Positions 43,605 to 53,011 of a stretch of DNA of 64,000 bases are shown piece after piece. Origin of the DNA: an uncultured Acidobacteriaceae bacterium (GTDB lineage: Bacteria; Acidobacteriota; Terriglobia; Terriglobales; Acidobacteriaceae); contig OY969786.1 in the NCBI GenBank assembly GCA_963703075.1, forward strand, positions 4,183,198-4,247,197. The letters are read 5' to 3'. Both the position numbers and the translations under genes were made by a program. Position 1 is the stretch's first letter. Every line of letters begins with the position of its first letter. A model generated the notes under the pieces. It was not told where the DNA came from and did no database searches. It worked only from the letters and a program-made list of their open reading frames with translations.

Positions 43605-46600
43605 CTACCTTACCTGCGTTACTCCCTGGGGACGCACTGAGGCGGTGCGCTCCAGCTTGTCCCAGGCAAATTCGCCGCCTTCCAGCGCCCGTTTTAGCGT
43701 CTTGATCAGCACCAGCGAAAACAGCTGCCGGTAAGCAAAGCGCTGTAACCACACGTGCGCCAGCAAGAGGAAGTCTTTGTGCCCGCCGGGTTGCTGCCGC
43801 TCCAGGGTGAACGCCACCGCCGACGCAATGAAGTCGATCACCAGGAACAAGGCGAAATACACCAGCAGCTTGTGAAAGCTGGTCGGATCCGTCGATTCCG
43901 GGTGCATATAGCGGTTCCAGGCGTACGATCCGACGCCGAAGATAAACATCAGGTCGATGAACGGCGAAACGATCGGCAGAAAGATCTGGAAGATCACGAC
44001 ATTCGGCAATGCGAACCAGCCGAGCGCGCCGCCCTGGCGGAAAGCCGAGCGATGTTTCCATACCGACTGCATAATTCCGAAGGACCAACGGAACCGTTGG
44101 CGCATCAGGGCGTTGGCCGACGTCGGGGCCTCTGTATAGGCCAGCGCCAGGTCTTCGTACTCCACCCGGTAGCCGGCTTGCAGCAGAGCCATCGTGAGGT
44201 CGGCATCCTCGGCGACGGTGTCATGGTGGTAGCCCCCGGCCGCTCGTACGGCTGCGGTTCTCCACGCGCCGATCGCTCCGGGAACCACGCTCACCGCGCC
44301 CAGCACATCCAGGGCGCGCCGTTCAAAGTTCTGGCTGGTGATGTACTCCAGCGCCTGCCACCGCGTCCACAGATTCATGCGATTGCCGACCTTCGCATTG
44401 CCCGCCATCGCGCCAATTTTCGGGTCCGTGAAGTGCGGAACCAGCAGGGAAATCGCGTTGGGAGCGATGATCGTGTCGGCATCGATTCCCACAAAGAGCT
44501 CTTCGAAGACGAATTCCAGCCCGTAATTCAACGCCTCCGCTTTGCCGGAGTTCGGCTTCGTCAGCAAAGTGATCTTGCCCTGTGCGATCTCCTTGGCAAA
44601 TGCGTTGCGTACCACCTCAAGGGTCCCGTCCTTCGATCCGTCGTCGATCACGATCACCCGCAGGCTTGGGTAGTCGGAATCGAGTACCCCCTGCACCGTT
44701 CGTTCGATGACCGTTTCTTCGTTGTAGGCGGGGATCAGCACGGCCACTGCAGGCTGGTAGCCCGGATCCGTTTGCAACCGGGAACCGCGAATGCGGTCGA
44801 AGATCGCCAGCGTGCCGATAAAGATCAGCCGTCCCGTCATCAATACGTCGCCGATGAAGAAGACGAAGATAACGAAGCTGCTCACGAATCCCAGCAGCGC
44901 GAAGCTCAGGCTGGCGACGATCGCCGCCCAACGCTCGTTCTTGCTGATCGGCGGCATCACCTGCGCCCGCGTCTTCCCCAGCAGCTCGGATACGGGAACG
45001 ATCTGGTATCCGCGCGCCTGGATGGCGGGAATGATCATGTCCAGCGTCTTCACCGTCTCGCTGCGATCGCCGCCCCCGTCATGCATCAGGATGATGTTGC
45101 CGCAGGTAAGAAAGTTCGTCGGCTTGCAGGGCGGCAGGTTACTCAAAACATCCGCCGCCATCTCGCTCGCCGTGCGCCGCGGATTGTCATGCCAGTCGTT
45201 TGTATCGATCTTGTCGCCGACCGTGATGTACCCCATCTCCTGCGAAAGCTCCAGCGGTCCCACCTGGTCGGCGGTGTCGGGTTCCTGATCGATGGAGTAG
45301 GGCGGACGGAATAGTACCGGCTTGATCCCGAGCTTCCCCGCGAACAATCGCTCGGTCAGGTTCAGTTCGACCTTGAAATAAGACCGTGAGATGCCCGCAA
45401 TGTCCGGATGGGTAAAGGTGTGATTGCCAATCTCATGGCCATCGGCGTACAGCTTTTTAGCCAGCGCCGAGTATTTTTCCGTCTGCACGCCGATCAGGAA
45501 AAACGTTCCTTTGACTCCATATTTGTCGAGCACCGCCATGATCTTCGGCGTCCACGTCGGGTCAGGCCCATCGTCGAAAGTAATCGCGATCTTGTTGTCT
45601 GACGCGCCATAGCGCGCAATGCGGTACGGCGTCGGCAGCTTCGAGAAGTCCTCTGCCGAGATCATCCCCGTCGTATTGTCCACGGTCACGGTGCGCTGGC
45701 CGGGCGAAGGCCGCTCCTCGATCTGCAGGATCTCGCCCGCCTCTTCCATGTCCACGTCCTGCCCCGGCGGAACATCTTTCAACTTGTCCGGCGCGTTCGC
45801 TTCTCCCGGCTGGTCCCACACATTCCACAACGAACGGTCCTCTGAGCCAAGCCGCCACAAGGCAAACGTGTTGATCCCGAGTTGCTGCGCCGCACGCATC
45901 TGGTTCAGCGCGCTCACCGCATCCGTGAACCACACATCGTGCCGCGATTTCTCGCCTTCCATAAAGGAGAAGTGCGGGTTCAGCGCATCGCCATCCAGGT
46001 CGACATCCGCTTCGGAATCTTCCGCGCTGGTCCATGCGTCCTGGACGCTGACCGTGTGCGCCGACTGCGGCAGCTTCGATTTGCCTACCGTCGTCCACTC
46101 ATAGCCGTAGTTGCTGATGGCGCAAATGATCTTGCTTCGCGGAATCTGGGTCAGCGCATATTTAAGGTTGTCGATAAACCAATCCTGCGAGGCCACCGGT
46201 CCCGCCGGGCCTCCGGGATAATGCTCGTCATAGTTCATCAGGATCAGGCCATCGGCGAACGGCGCCACGCCCTTGTAATCGAAGTCGGGATTTTTGGCGG
46301 GGACCGCCAGGTACAGCTTCTTTCCGCTGCCGTGCAGGTCCTGGGCGAGTTCCGTCACCAGCGTCTTGTAGCCCGGCATGGCGTCCACCGGAATTTCTTC
46401 GAAATCCAGCGTCAGCCCGCGGTAGTGATCGGTCGCGAGAAATGTTTGCACTTGCTTGCGGAAGTTCGCCCGGCCATCGGGATCGTTCAGGAAGTCGCCA
46501 ATGTCTTCCTTCCAGTCATTGGCGATCGGATCGAAGTTATTCACCAGCGGGAAGACTTCCGTTTCAGCCTTTTCCGACTTGAGAAACGGCATCAGCTTGT

Positions 46601-47069
46601 CATCCACCGGGCGCGCCTTGCCGGCCGGATCCATCACGTCGAACAATTTGTTCTCGGCCGTCACCCCCTGCAAATGGCCGTCGGCTGTCAGCACATGCAG
46701 GAACTCCGGAAAAAGCATGTCGATCTGTGGGTAGTACTGCTTGATGGAAGAGAAACTGGCGGCATCCCAGTCCACGTAAAACGCCGCGCGAATCCCTTCT
46801 GTCGAGTTCAGCACTACCTGCGAAGGCGCTTTTTTCGTCTGGCGGTGGGCTCCCGCTTTCCGCACATACTTCCGCTTCTGACTGTCCTTGAAGGCGTGAT
46901 AGGGCTTCTTGGCTTCGATCAGCCCGATCGACGGAACATCCGTGTTGTGCACGATGCTGACGATGAAAAAGACGACCAGCAGGCTCGCGAGAACGCCGGC
47001 AATGTCGAGTGCCCATCGCAGCCGTCGCCAGCGTTTTCGGTCGGGATCAAAAAAAACAGGACTTCGCAT
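43605..47069 (-). CDS. Trifunctional exopolysaccharide enzyme: GH18-like domain + CE4 (NodB) polysaccharide deacetylase + GT2 processive synthase (PgaC/IcaA/NodC-like)
   Basis: 1154 aa. N-terminal TM. GH18-like LTLDFEEIP and LMNYDEHY. NodB ITFDDGPDPTWTPKI..GNHTFTHP..LFRPPY..ILMHDGGGD. TM block. GT2 VLIPAYNEE..VIVIDDGSKDGT..GIDADT..VAEDADLT..QRFRWSFG (QxxRW). C-terminal TM helices. Confidence 0.85.
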   Translation of the reverse strand: MRSPVFFDPDRKRWRRLRWALDIAGVLASLLVVFFIVSIVHNTDVPSIGLIEAKKPYHAFKDSQKRKYVRKAGAHRQTKKAPSQVVLNSTEGIRAAFYVDWDAASFSSIKQYYPQIDMLFPEFLHVLTADGHLQGVTAENKLFDVMDPAGKARPVDDKLMPFLKSEKAETEVFPLVNNFDPIANDWKEDIGDFLNDPDGRANFRKQVQTFLATDHYRGLTLDFEEIPVDAMPGYKTLVTELAQDLHGSGKKLYLAVPAKNPDFDYKGVAPFADGLILMNYDEHYPGGPAGPVASQDWFIDNLKYALTQIPRSKIICAISNYGYEWTTVGKSKLPQSAHTVSVQDAWTSAEDSEADVDLDGDALNPHFSFMEGEKSRHDVWFTDAVSALNQMRAAQQLGINTFALWRLGSEDRSLWNVWDQPGEANAPDKLKDVPPGQDVDMEEAGEILQIEERPSPGQRTVTVDNTTGMISAEDFSKLPTPYRIARYGASDNKIAITFDDGPDPTWTPKIMAVLDKYGVKGTFFLIGVQTEKYSALAKKLYADGHEIGNHTFTHPDIAGISRSYFKVELNLTERLFAGKLGIKPVLFRPPYSIDQEPDTADQVGPLELSQEMGYITVGDKIDTNDWHDNPRRTASEMAADVLSNLPPCKPTNFLTCGNIILMHDGGGDRSETVKTLDMIIPAIQARGYQIVPVSELLGKTRAQVMPPISKNERWAAIVASLSFALLGFVSSFVIFVFFIGDVLMTGRLIFIGTLAIFDRIRGSRLQTDPGYQPAVAVLIPAYNEETVIERTVQGVLDSDYPSLRVIVIDDGSKDGTLEVVRNAFAKEIAQGKITLLTKPNSGKAEALNYGLEFVFEELFVGIDADTIIAPNAISLLVPHFTDPKIGAMAGNAKVGNRMNLWTRWQALEYITSQNFERRALDVLGAVSVVPGAIGAWRTAAVRAAGGYHHDTVAEDADLTMALLQAGYRVEYEDLALAYTEAPTSANALMRQRFRWSFGIMQSVWKHRSAFRQGGALGWFALPNVVIFQIFLPIVSPFIDLMFIFGVGSYAWNRYMHPESTDPTSFHKLLVYFALFLVIDFIASAVAFTLERQQPGGHKDFLLLAHVWLQRFAYRQLFSLVLIKTLKRALEGGEFAWDKLERTASVRPQGVTQVR

Positions 47070-47144
47070 GCCTACTCGTCTTTATCGTAACGCAAATACC
47101 CGCGTCAAATCAGGCGAACGCACGGTTGCACTTGTTCTAAACCC

Positions 47145-48584
47145 TTGCCGGAGGAAAGAGGCTCGCATCCCCCGTCCCACGAACGTATCATCATCCAGGT
47201 GATCCGATTCCTCCGCAGCGCGAAGTGGGTTTTCCTCGTCGGAACCCTGCTCGCCATCGCCCTGCGCCTGCTCTTCCTCCTGAAGTGGCCGCACGTCACT
47301 GGCGATACCTACATCTACGGCGATATCGCTAAGAACTGGATCGACCATGGCGTCTACGGCTTCTCTCACCCGGGCGGAGAACCCGAGCCCACCTGGATCC
47401 GCCTCCCTGGCTATCCCGGCTTTCTCGCGATCTGCTTCTTCCTCTTTGGGCGCGAACACTACACCGCAGTCATGCTCGTCCAGATGGTCATCGACGTCGC
47501 AACCTGCTTCCTCATCGCCGATCTTACCCGCCGCATGATGAACGACCAGGCCGCCAGGATCGCCTTCCTCCTGGCCTGCCTTTGTCCCTTCACCGCCAAC
47601 TATGTTGCGTCTCCTATGCCGGAGACGCTGTCGATTTTCGCTCTTGCCGGCGCTTTCTGGTGTTTGTACGTCGCGCTCGATCAGCCAAAACGCCGTTGGC
47701 TGGCCTGGACCGGGTGCGGTTTGTTCATCGGCCTCGCCACCTACTTGCGTCCCGATGGCGGTATCCTGCTCGCTGCGGTTGGCCTGTTTCTCCTCGTGCG
47801 TCTCTTCCGCGTCCCGGCAGAGCGCCGCACCACGTTTCTCGCCGGACTTCTCGTGCTCGCCGTCTCCCTCGCGCCGCTGGTTCCCTGGACCTATCGCAAC
47901 TGGCAGACCTTCGCTCACTTCCAGCCCCTCGCGCCCCGCTACGCCAGCGATCTCGACGAATTCACGCCCCTTGGTTTCAACCACTGGGTCCGCACCTGGA
48001 TGGCCGAATATGTATCCGTCGAAGATATCTATTGGCAAATGCCCGGCGCCGATGTGGACGTCAATCTTCTTCCCCGGCGGGCCTTCGATACGCCTCAGGA
48101 AGAAGACGAAACTCGCAAGCTTTTTGCTGAATACGAAACCCGCACCGCCATCTGGCCCGAGCTCGACGAACAGTTTGAACAGCTCGCGCGTCAGCGCGTC
48201 GCTCGTCATCCCGCACGGTATTACGTGCAATTACCGCTGCTTCGTATCGCCGACATGTGGTTTCGTCCCCGCTCCGAAACGCTTCCCCTCGACAGCCGCT
48301 GGTGGCAGGATTACCAGGATGACTTCTGGAACTCTGCCAAAGCCTTCCTCCTGGCGCTCATCAACTTCTTCTATGTAGCGCTTGCCATCGCTGCATGTTT
48401 CCTTCGTCCGCGACCGCGCTACCTGTTCGTCCTCGTTGCGTATCTTGTCATTCGCACGGCATTTCTTGGGACTCTCGAGAATCCCGAGCCGCGCTATACC
48501 CTCGAATGCTATCCGCTGATCATTGCATTGGCCGCAACAACTATTTGGCGGCTCGTTTCGGCAATCAACTCCCGAAAAATGTAG
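47145..48584 (+). CDS. GT39/ArnT/PMT-like integral-membrane glycosyltransferase
   Basis: 479 aa with about 10 or more hydrophobic segments. The first-loop acidic motif GDTYIYGDIAKNW resembles the PMT/ArnT family. TTG start (a GTG at 47199 is also possible). Divergent from the synthase gene. Confidence 0.65.
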   Translation: MPEERGSHPPSHERIIIQVIRFLRSAKWVFLVGTLLAIALRLLFLLKWPHVTGDTYIYGDIAKNWIDHGVYGFSHPGGEPEPTWIRLPGYPGFLAICFFLFGREHYTAVMLVQMVIDVATCFLIADLTRRMMNDQAARIAFLLACLCPFTANYVASPMPETLSIFALAGAFWCLYVALDQPKRRWLAWTGCGLFIGLATYLRPDGGILLAAVGLFLLVRLFRVPAERRTTFLAGLLVLAVSLAPLVPWTYRNWQTFAHFQPLAPRYASDLDEFTPLGFNHWVRTWMAEYVSVEDIYWQMPGADVDVNLLPRRAFDTPQEEDETRKLFAEYETRTAIWPELDEQFEQLARQRVARHPARYYVQLPLLRIADMWFRPRSETLPLDSRWWQDYQDDFWNSAKAFLLALINFFYVALAIAACFLRPRPRYLFVLVAYLVIRTAFLGTLENPEPRYTLECYPLIIALAATTIWRLVSAINSRKM

Positions 48585-48728
48585 ACACACGCTTCGCTTT
48601 TCCGTATCGTGTCCCGCATCCTCGGGGAAGCTCGCTTTAAAGCGTTTGAATTGAGCACAGCGCGCACGGCACAAAGATTGCACTGCTCCCCCAATGTGAC
48701 CGACTCTGCTTACATAGGAGAACCCTCC

Positions 48729-51700
48729 TTGCGGAACCTCCCTCTTCGGATTGCAACTGCCCTCGTATCGACGCTCGCTCTCCTTCTCCTCATCTCTCCA
48801 GCTTTTGCGCAGCAGGCAACCGGCACGGTTCTCGGAACGGTGATGGATTCGCAGGGAGCTGTTCTTCCGGGCGCCAAGATTACCGTTACCAACGTAGCGA
48901 CCGGCATCTCCCACCCCGCGACCACCGATAAGGACGGCACTTTCCACGTCCTCGATCTCGCCATCGGCAGTTACGTGGTCACCGCCGAGCACCCGGGCTT
49001 CGCCAAACTCAATACCGAGCCGCAAACCCTGCAGATTAACCAGAACATCCGTTTCGATATCCGGATGAAGGTCGGTACTAGCCAGGAAGTGGTGGACGTA
49101 GCCGGGACCGCCGCCGGCGTTGAGACCGTGAACTCCACCCTTGGTCAGTCCGTTACCAGCCGCCCCATCATCGACCTGCCGCTGAATGGTCGCGACGTGT
49201 TGCAACTCGCGCTCCTGCAACCCGGCGTCACCGAGACCAATGACGACAATGGAAGTGCCGGCACCTTCAGCATCGCCGGCGGTCGCACCGATTCCGTCAC
49301 CTTTCTTCTCGATGGCGGCGTCAACAACGACCTTCTCGACAACGGAGTCGTCTTTAACCCGAATCCAGATACCGTTGCCGAGTTCCGCATCCTGCAGAAC
49401 AACTACACCGCCGAGTATGGCCGTAACGGCGGCGGCGTGATCAGCGTCGTCACCAAGTCCGGCGGCAACCAGTTCCATGGCAGCGCCTTCGAGTTTCTCC
49501 GCAATGACGCACTCAATGCCAACACCTACTTCAACAAGAATGAGAATCTCAACCCGGTTCCTTTGCCGCGCGATGTTCTCAAACGTAATCAGTACGGCGC
49601 CACCCTCGGCGGCCCCATCGTCAAAGACAAGCTCTTCTTCTTTGTCAGCTACGAAGGCCAGCGCCTTACTGCCAAGGTCAATCCATCCAACTATGGCGAC
49701 ACCAGCACAACCCAGGTCTTCACCGCTTCGGAACTGCAAGGCAACTTTAGCGGGGACCCCGGCGTAGCCGCGTTCCTGCAGGCGAATCCTTACTTCCTCG
49801 CGCCCGGGACCACCCCCTCCCAGGCCATCATCGATCCCGCCAAGTTCGACCCGGTCTCCAAGAACTACATCGCCGCCGGGCTGATCCCCAGCACAACGAA
49901 CGCTTCCGGTCTCGTCACGCCGACCGCAAGCCATACGGACAACTTTAACGAACTCAGCGTCAAGATTGATTACGACCTGACGTCCAAGGACCGGATCTCC
50001 GCCACGTTTGGCGGTCACAAGGACCAGCAAACCGACCCCTACGAGTTCGCTTCGGTGAATGGCTTCCCCAACCTCAATGGCTTGGATAATTACTTCCTGA
50101 ACATCGCTTACACCCGGACGATCTCCAACGCCATGCTGAACGAGCTTCGCTTTACCGCGCAGCGGAACAACGTCCTGCAGGAATACGTCAGCGGCGCCAA
50201 TGCCTCGCAGACCGGCCCGACCCTCGGCATGGGCGTCACTCCCGACCAGGCTACGGGCCCAACCAACCTGTGGTTCGATACCGGCCTTTACATCGGCTAC
50301 AGCGAGCAAGGACCTACCCACGAGGCGAACAATACCTTCTCGTATGCCGACACCTTCTCCTGGGTGAAAGGCAAACACAACTGGAAGTTCGGCGCTGGCT
50401 TTACGCCGTACCAGAACAACACTCTTTACGACTACTACGTGAACGGCGAAATGGATTTCTATTCCGGCGGGAACTCCGGCAACGCGGGAACCGGCAATTC
50501 CTACGCCGACTTTCTCCTGGGAATCCCCGGAGCGTATTACCAATATCCATCCGCTCCCTCGAATATCCGCAGCAAAAACACCTTCTTCTTCGCGCAGGAT
50601 GAATGGCACGTCGGCCGCCGGTTGGTGTTGAACCTGGGCGTTCGTTACGAATACAGCACCCCGAAACTCGATACCGCCGGTCGCAGCTTCTCCGTTATTC
50701 CGGGTGCCCAATCCACCGTGTTCCCCAACGCGCCCACCGGCCTGGTTTTCCCCGGTGACGCAGGCGCTCCGACCGGGGCCAACTTCCCCGACAAGAACGA
50801 CTGGGCGCCACGCTTCGGCTTCGCTTGGGATCCAACCGGAAGCGGCAAAACCAGCCTCCGCGGCGGCATCGGCGTCTTCTACGACATTCTCAAGGGCGAA
50901 GACAACCTCCAGTTCAACGGGCAGCCGCCCTTCTTCTCATCGGCTGGTCTTTATTTCGGCGACCAGGCGAATGGGGTCACTTCTAACTACACCTTCCTCA
51001 GCCAACCCTTCGACAATGCCAGCGCTGGCACCGCCGGCCAGGTCAATCCATTCCCGTCTAAACCGGTCGACCACAATCTCGACTTCGGCGCGTCGGGCTT
51101 CTTGCCGATCAACAACGCCGGCTCGGTGTACATAGTCGATCCGCATTTGCGCACTCCCTATACCTACCAGTACAACCTCAGCCTCGAACATGAACTCGCA
51201 AAAAGCACCACCATGGATCTCACCTACGTGGGCAGCGAGTCGCATAAGCTGACCTCACTTGTGGATATCAATCCCTTCGACCTCGACAACAACAGCGGTG
51301 TGCGCCTTCTGAACGAACAGAACACCACCAGCATCCAGAATTGCAATGCCGGTTTCGGCTACTGCTTCGCCGATATGCCGGAGTTCCGCAACGTGGCGGA
51401 TCAGAACTACAACGCCTTGGAAGCCAGCATCACCCGCCAGCCGACCAAGACCGGACCGCTCGGTGATACCTACTTCACCATTGGCTACACCTACGGACAC
51501 AGCATCGATAACGCCTCCGGCTTCCGTCAGCGCAATTCCGGAGCGCCGTACTACGACACCAGCGCGTTCCGCGCCTCTTCTGACCTCGACATCCGCCACC
51601 GCATCACCATCAGCGGCGGATGGGATCTCGCCATCGATCACTGGTGGGAAAGTGGCTGGAAAAAAGTAACCCAAGGCTGGAGTGTCTTCCCCATCTTCAC

Positions 51701-52220
51701 TTGGCACACCGGTTTCCCGATTGACGTTCCGGCGCGCTTCGGCGATCGTAACGATCCCACCGCTCCAGGTCCCTCCGGCGCCGGAGATCCTTACCTGGCA
51801 TTCGCCAACGTGGTCGGTCCCACCAATACCCTGAACCCTCACGCCGCGACTACCTACAACGTTCCCGGCAATCCGGGTCCAACCACGGGCGCTTATTGGA
51901 TCAATCCACTCTCGTTCTCCAATTCCTGCGAGTACGTGGATGCTTCCAGCGGCTGCCCGAACGGCTATGGCTCACCCTACGGCGATTTAGGGCGCAACCA
52001 GTTGCGCGCCTCGAACTACACCAATCTGGACTTCGAAATCGCCAAGACCACCAAGCTGTCCGAACGGGTCGCGATGCAACTTCGCGCGGAGATGTTCAAC
52101 GTCTTCAATCACGCGAACTTCAAAGCGCCCGATACCACCATCACCGACATCACCTTCGGACAGATCACCAGTACCTACGACCCGCGCATCATCCAGCTCG
52201 CGCTCCGGTTCACTTTTTAA
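48729..52220 (+). CDS. TonB-dependent outer-membrane receptor with CarboxypepD_reg-like N-terminal domain
   Basis: Probable TTG start 8 nt after AGGAGA (the ORF is open from 48609). Signal peptide ...LLLLISPAFAQ. GTVLGTVMDSQGAVLPGAKITVTNVATG...GSYVVTAEHPGF. Plug IAGGRTDSVTFLLDGGVNND. Terminal ALRFTF. Confidence 0.85.
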   Translation: MRNLPLRIATALVSTLALLLLISPAFAQQATGTVLGTVMDSQGAVLPGAKITVTNVATGISHPATTDKDGTFHVLDLAIGSYVVTAEHPGFAKLNTEPQTLQINQNIRFDIRMKVGTSQEVVDVAGTAAGVETVNSTLGQSVTSRPIIDLPLNGRDVLQLALLQPGVTETNDDNGSAGTFSIAGGRTDSVTFLLDGGVNNDLLDNGVVFNPNPDTVAEFRILQNNYTAEYGRNGGGVISVVTKSGGNQFHGSAFEFLRNDALNANTYFNKNENLNPVPLPRDVLKRNQYGATLGGPIVKDKLFFFVSYEGQRLTAKVNPSNYGDTSTTQVFTASELQGNFSGDPGVAAFLQANPYFLAPGTTPSQAIIDPAKFDPVSKNYIAAGLIPSTTNASGLVTPTASHTDNFNELSVKIDYDLTSKDRISATFGGHKDQQTDPYEFASVNGFPNLNGLDNYFLNIAYTRTISNAMLNELRFTAQRNNVLQEYVSGANASQTGPTLGMGVTPDQATGPTNLWFDTGLYIGYSEQGPTHEANNTFSYADTFSWVKGKHNWKFGAGFTPYQNNTLYDYYVNGEMDFYSGGNSGNAGTGNSYADFLLGIPGAYYQYPSAPSNIRSKNTFFFAQDEWHVGRRLVLNLGVRYEYSTPKLDTAGRSFSVIPGAQSTVFPNAPTGLVFPGDAGAPTGANFPDKNDWAPRFGFAWDPTGSGKTSLRGGIGVFYDILKGEDNLQFNGQPPFFSSAGLYFGDQANGVTSNYTFLSQPFDNASAGTAGQVNPFPSKPVDHNLDFGASGFLPINNAGSVYIVDPHLRTPYTYQYNLSLEHELAKSTTMDLTYVGSESHKLTSLVDINPFDLDNNSGVRLLNEQNTTSIQNCNAGFGYCFADMPEFRNVADQNYNALEASITRQPTKTGPLGDTYFTIGYTYGHSIDNASGFRQRNSGAPYYDTSAFRASSDLDIRHRITISGGWDLAIDHWWESGWKKVTQGWSVFPIFTWHTGFPIDVPARFGDRNDPTAPGPSGAGDPYLAFANVVGPTNTLNPHAATTYNVPGNPGPTTGAYWINPLSFSNSCEYVDASSGCPNGYGSPYGDLGRNQLRASNYTNLDFEIAKTTKLSERVAMQLRAEMFNVFNHANFKAPDTTITDITFGQITSTYDPRIIQLALRFTF

Positions 52221-52239
52221 CCCGATCGCAGCGACGGAC

Positions 52240-52273
52240 GGGGACGGGAGAAATCTCGTCCCCTTTGCTTTTT
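52240..52273 (+). terminator. Rho-independent terminator after the second TonB-dependent receptor gene
   Basis: GGGGACG-GGAGAAATCT-CGTCCCC followed by TTTGCTTTTT. Confidence 0.75.
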
Positions 52274-52373
52274 GCGTGCTGTTGGGACGCCCGCAGCAAT
52301 CCTGCGCGTGACCTGTCAAGGGTCGAAATTCATCGCTTTCTAGCTAATACGATATAAAGAAAGCAGTTATAGA

Positions 52374-52509
52374 GTTCTTCGGAGTGTCCGGTTTACCCCC
52401 TCCATCCTGCTATTCTGAAAATAGGGGCAGACATCCGGAGTTCCCGACCCTTCGCCGAAGAACACCCGCAGGGGTATGCGCGAGCTGAATCGCTCGAGAC
52501 CGCACCCCT
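52374..52509. other. Two adjacent extended stem-loops in a gene-free gap (candidate structured RNA; strand unknown)
   Basis: GTTCTTCGG (52374-82) pairs with CCGAAGAAC (52455-63). This encloses TCCGG/CCGGA and CCTGCTATT/AATAGGGG. A second element has GGGGTATGCG (52471-80) pairing with CGCACCCC (52501-08) around CGAGC-TGAATC-GCTCG. Confidence 0.25.
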
Positions 52510-52604
52510 TAACTCTTTATTTGTGAATATTTTGGCGCTAACTGCCCTGAATTGAATATCTTGGCCGGATTTGGTGCACTAACTCTCTGAAAAGACAGAG
52601 GTAC

Positions 52605-52625
52605 TCAGGGGAGGGGATCCCCTGA
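52605..52625 (-). terminator. Stem-loop downstream of the small minus-strand gene
   Basis: TCAGGGG-AGGGGAT-CCCCTGA (7-bp stem), 27 nt after the stop at 52652. On the minus strand it is followed by a U-rich tract (CUCUGUCUUUUC). Confidence 0.45.
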
Positions 52626-52651
52626 AGAGCAATTAGGTTTTGGTCGGAATT

Positions 52652-52867
52652 CTAGGCGTTGGGCTTGTCGCTCATCCGGAAACGCGTCCGGAAGTGCTCG
52701 GAGAGCAGCTCAATGGCTGGACGATTCGACTCAGGGTCGGACTTGGCAAGATATTTCATCGCCTCGACGAGCACCCGCTGACCGTCAATGTACTTACGGT
52801 CGCTTGTCCGCTCGCGCTTTACGCGCTCCGGATTCGGCCTCGCCGGAATGACTAACAGTCTTCCCAT
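52652..52867 (-). CDS. Hypothetical small basic protein (71 aa)
   Basis: MGRLLVIPARPNPERVKRERTSDRKYIDGQRVLVEAMKYLAKSDPESNRPAIELLSEHF... I recognise no family. Start chosen at the internal ATG 52867. Confidence 0.4.
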   Translation of the reverse strand: MGRLLVIPARPNPERVKRERTSDRKYIDGQRVLVEAMKYLAKSDPESNRPAIELLSEHFRTRFRMSDKPNA

Positions 52868-53011
52868 CCTTGCACCCTTTTTACGTTGCGAGATATGCCG
52901 CATAGCATTTGGATGACCGCGCGGCTCGGTTTGTTTCCCGAAGTATAGCTTTGCAGGCGGAAAGAGCAAGAAAAAAGCCCGGCGCGACGCCGTCCCATGG
53001 TGCTACGCCCA

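Noticed and set aside
43755-47090. 519-aa and 402-aa plus-strand ORFs (43755..45314 and 45882..47090)
   Set aside because: Both are antisense to the GH18-CE4-GT2 gene, which carries multiple catalytic motifs in order. The shadow frames have no recognisable domains.
47082-48230. 382-aa minus-strand ORF
   Set aside because: It is antisense to the GT39-like membrane protein. The plus frame gives regular TM helices, while the minus frame is Glu/Gly/Asp/Arg-rich noise.
48231-50711. 826-aa ORF on the minus strand
   Set aside because: It is entirely antisense to the TonB-dependent receptor gene, which has clear family motifs. Its Gly/Val/Ala/Asp/Arg-rich composition is typical of shadow ORFs in GC-rich DNA. 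No motifs recognised.
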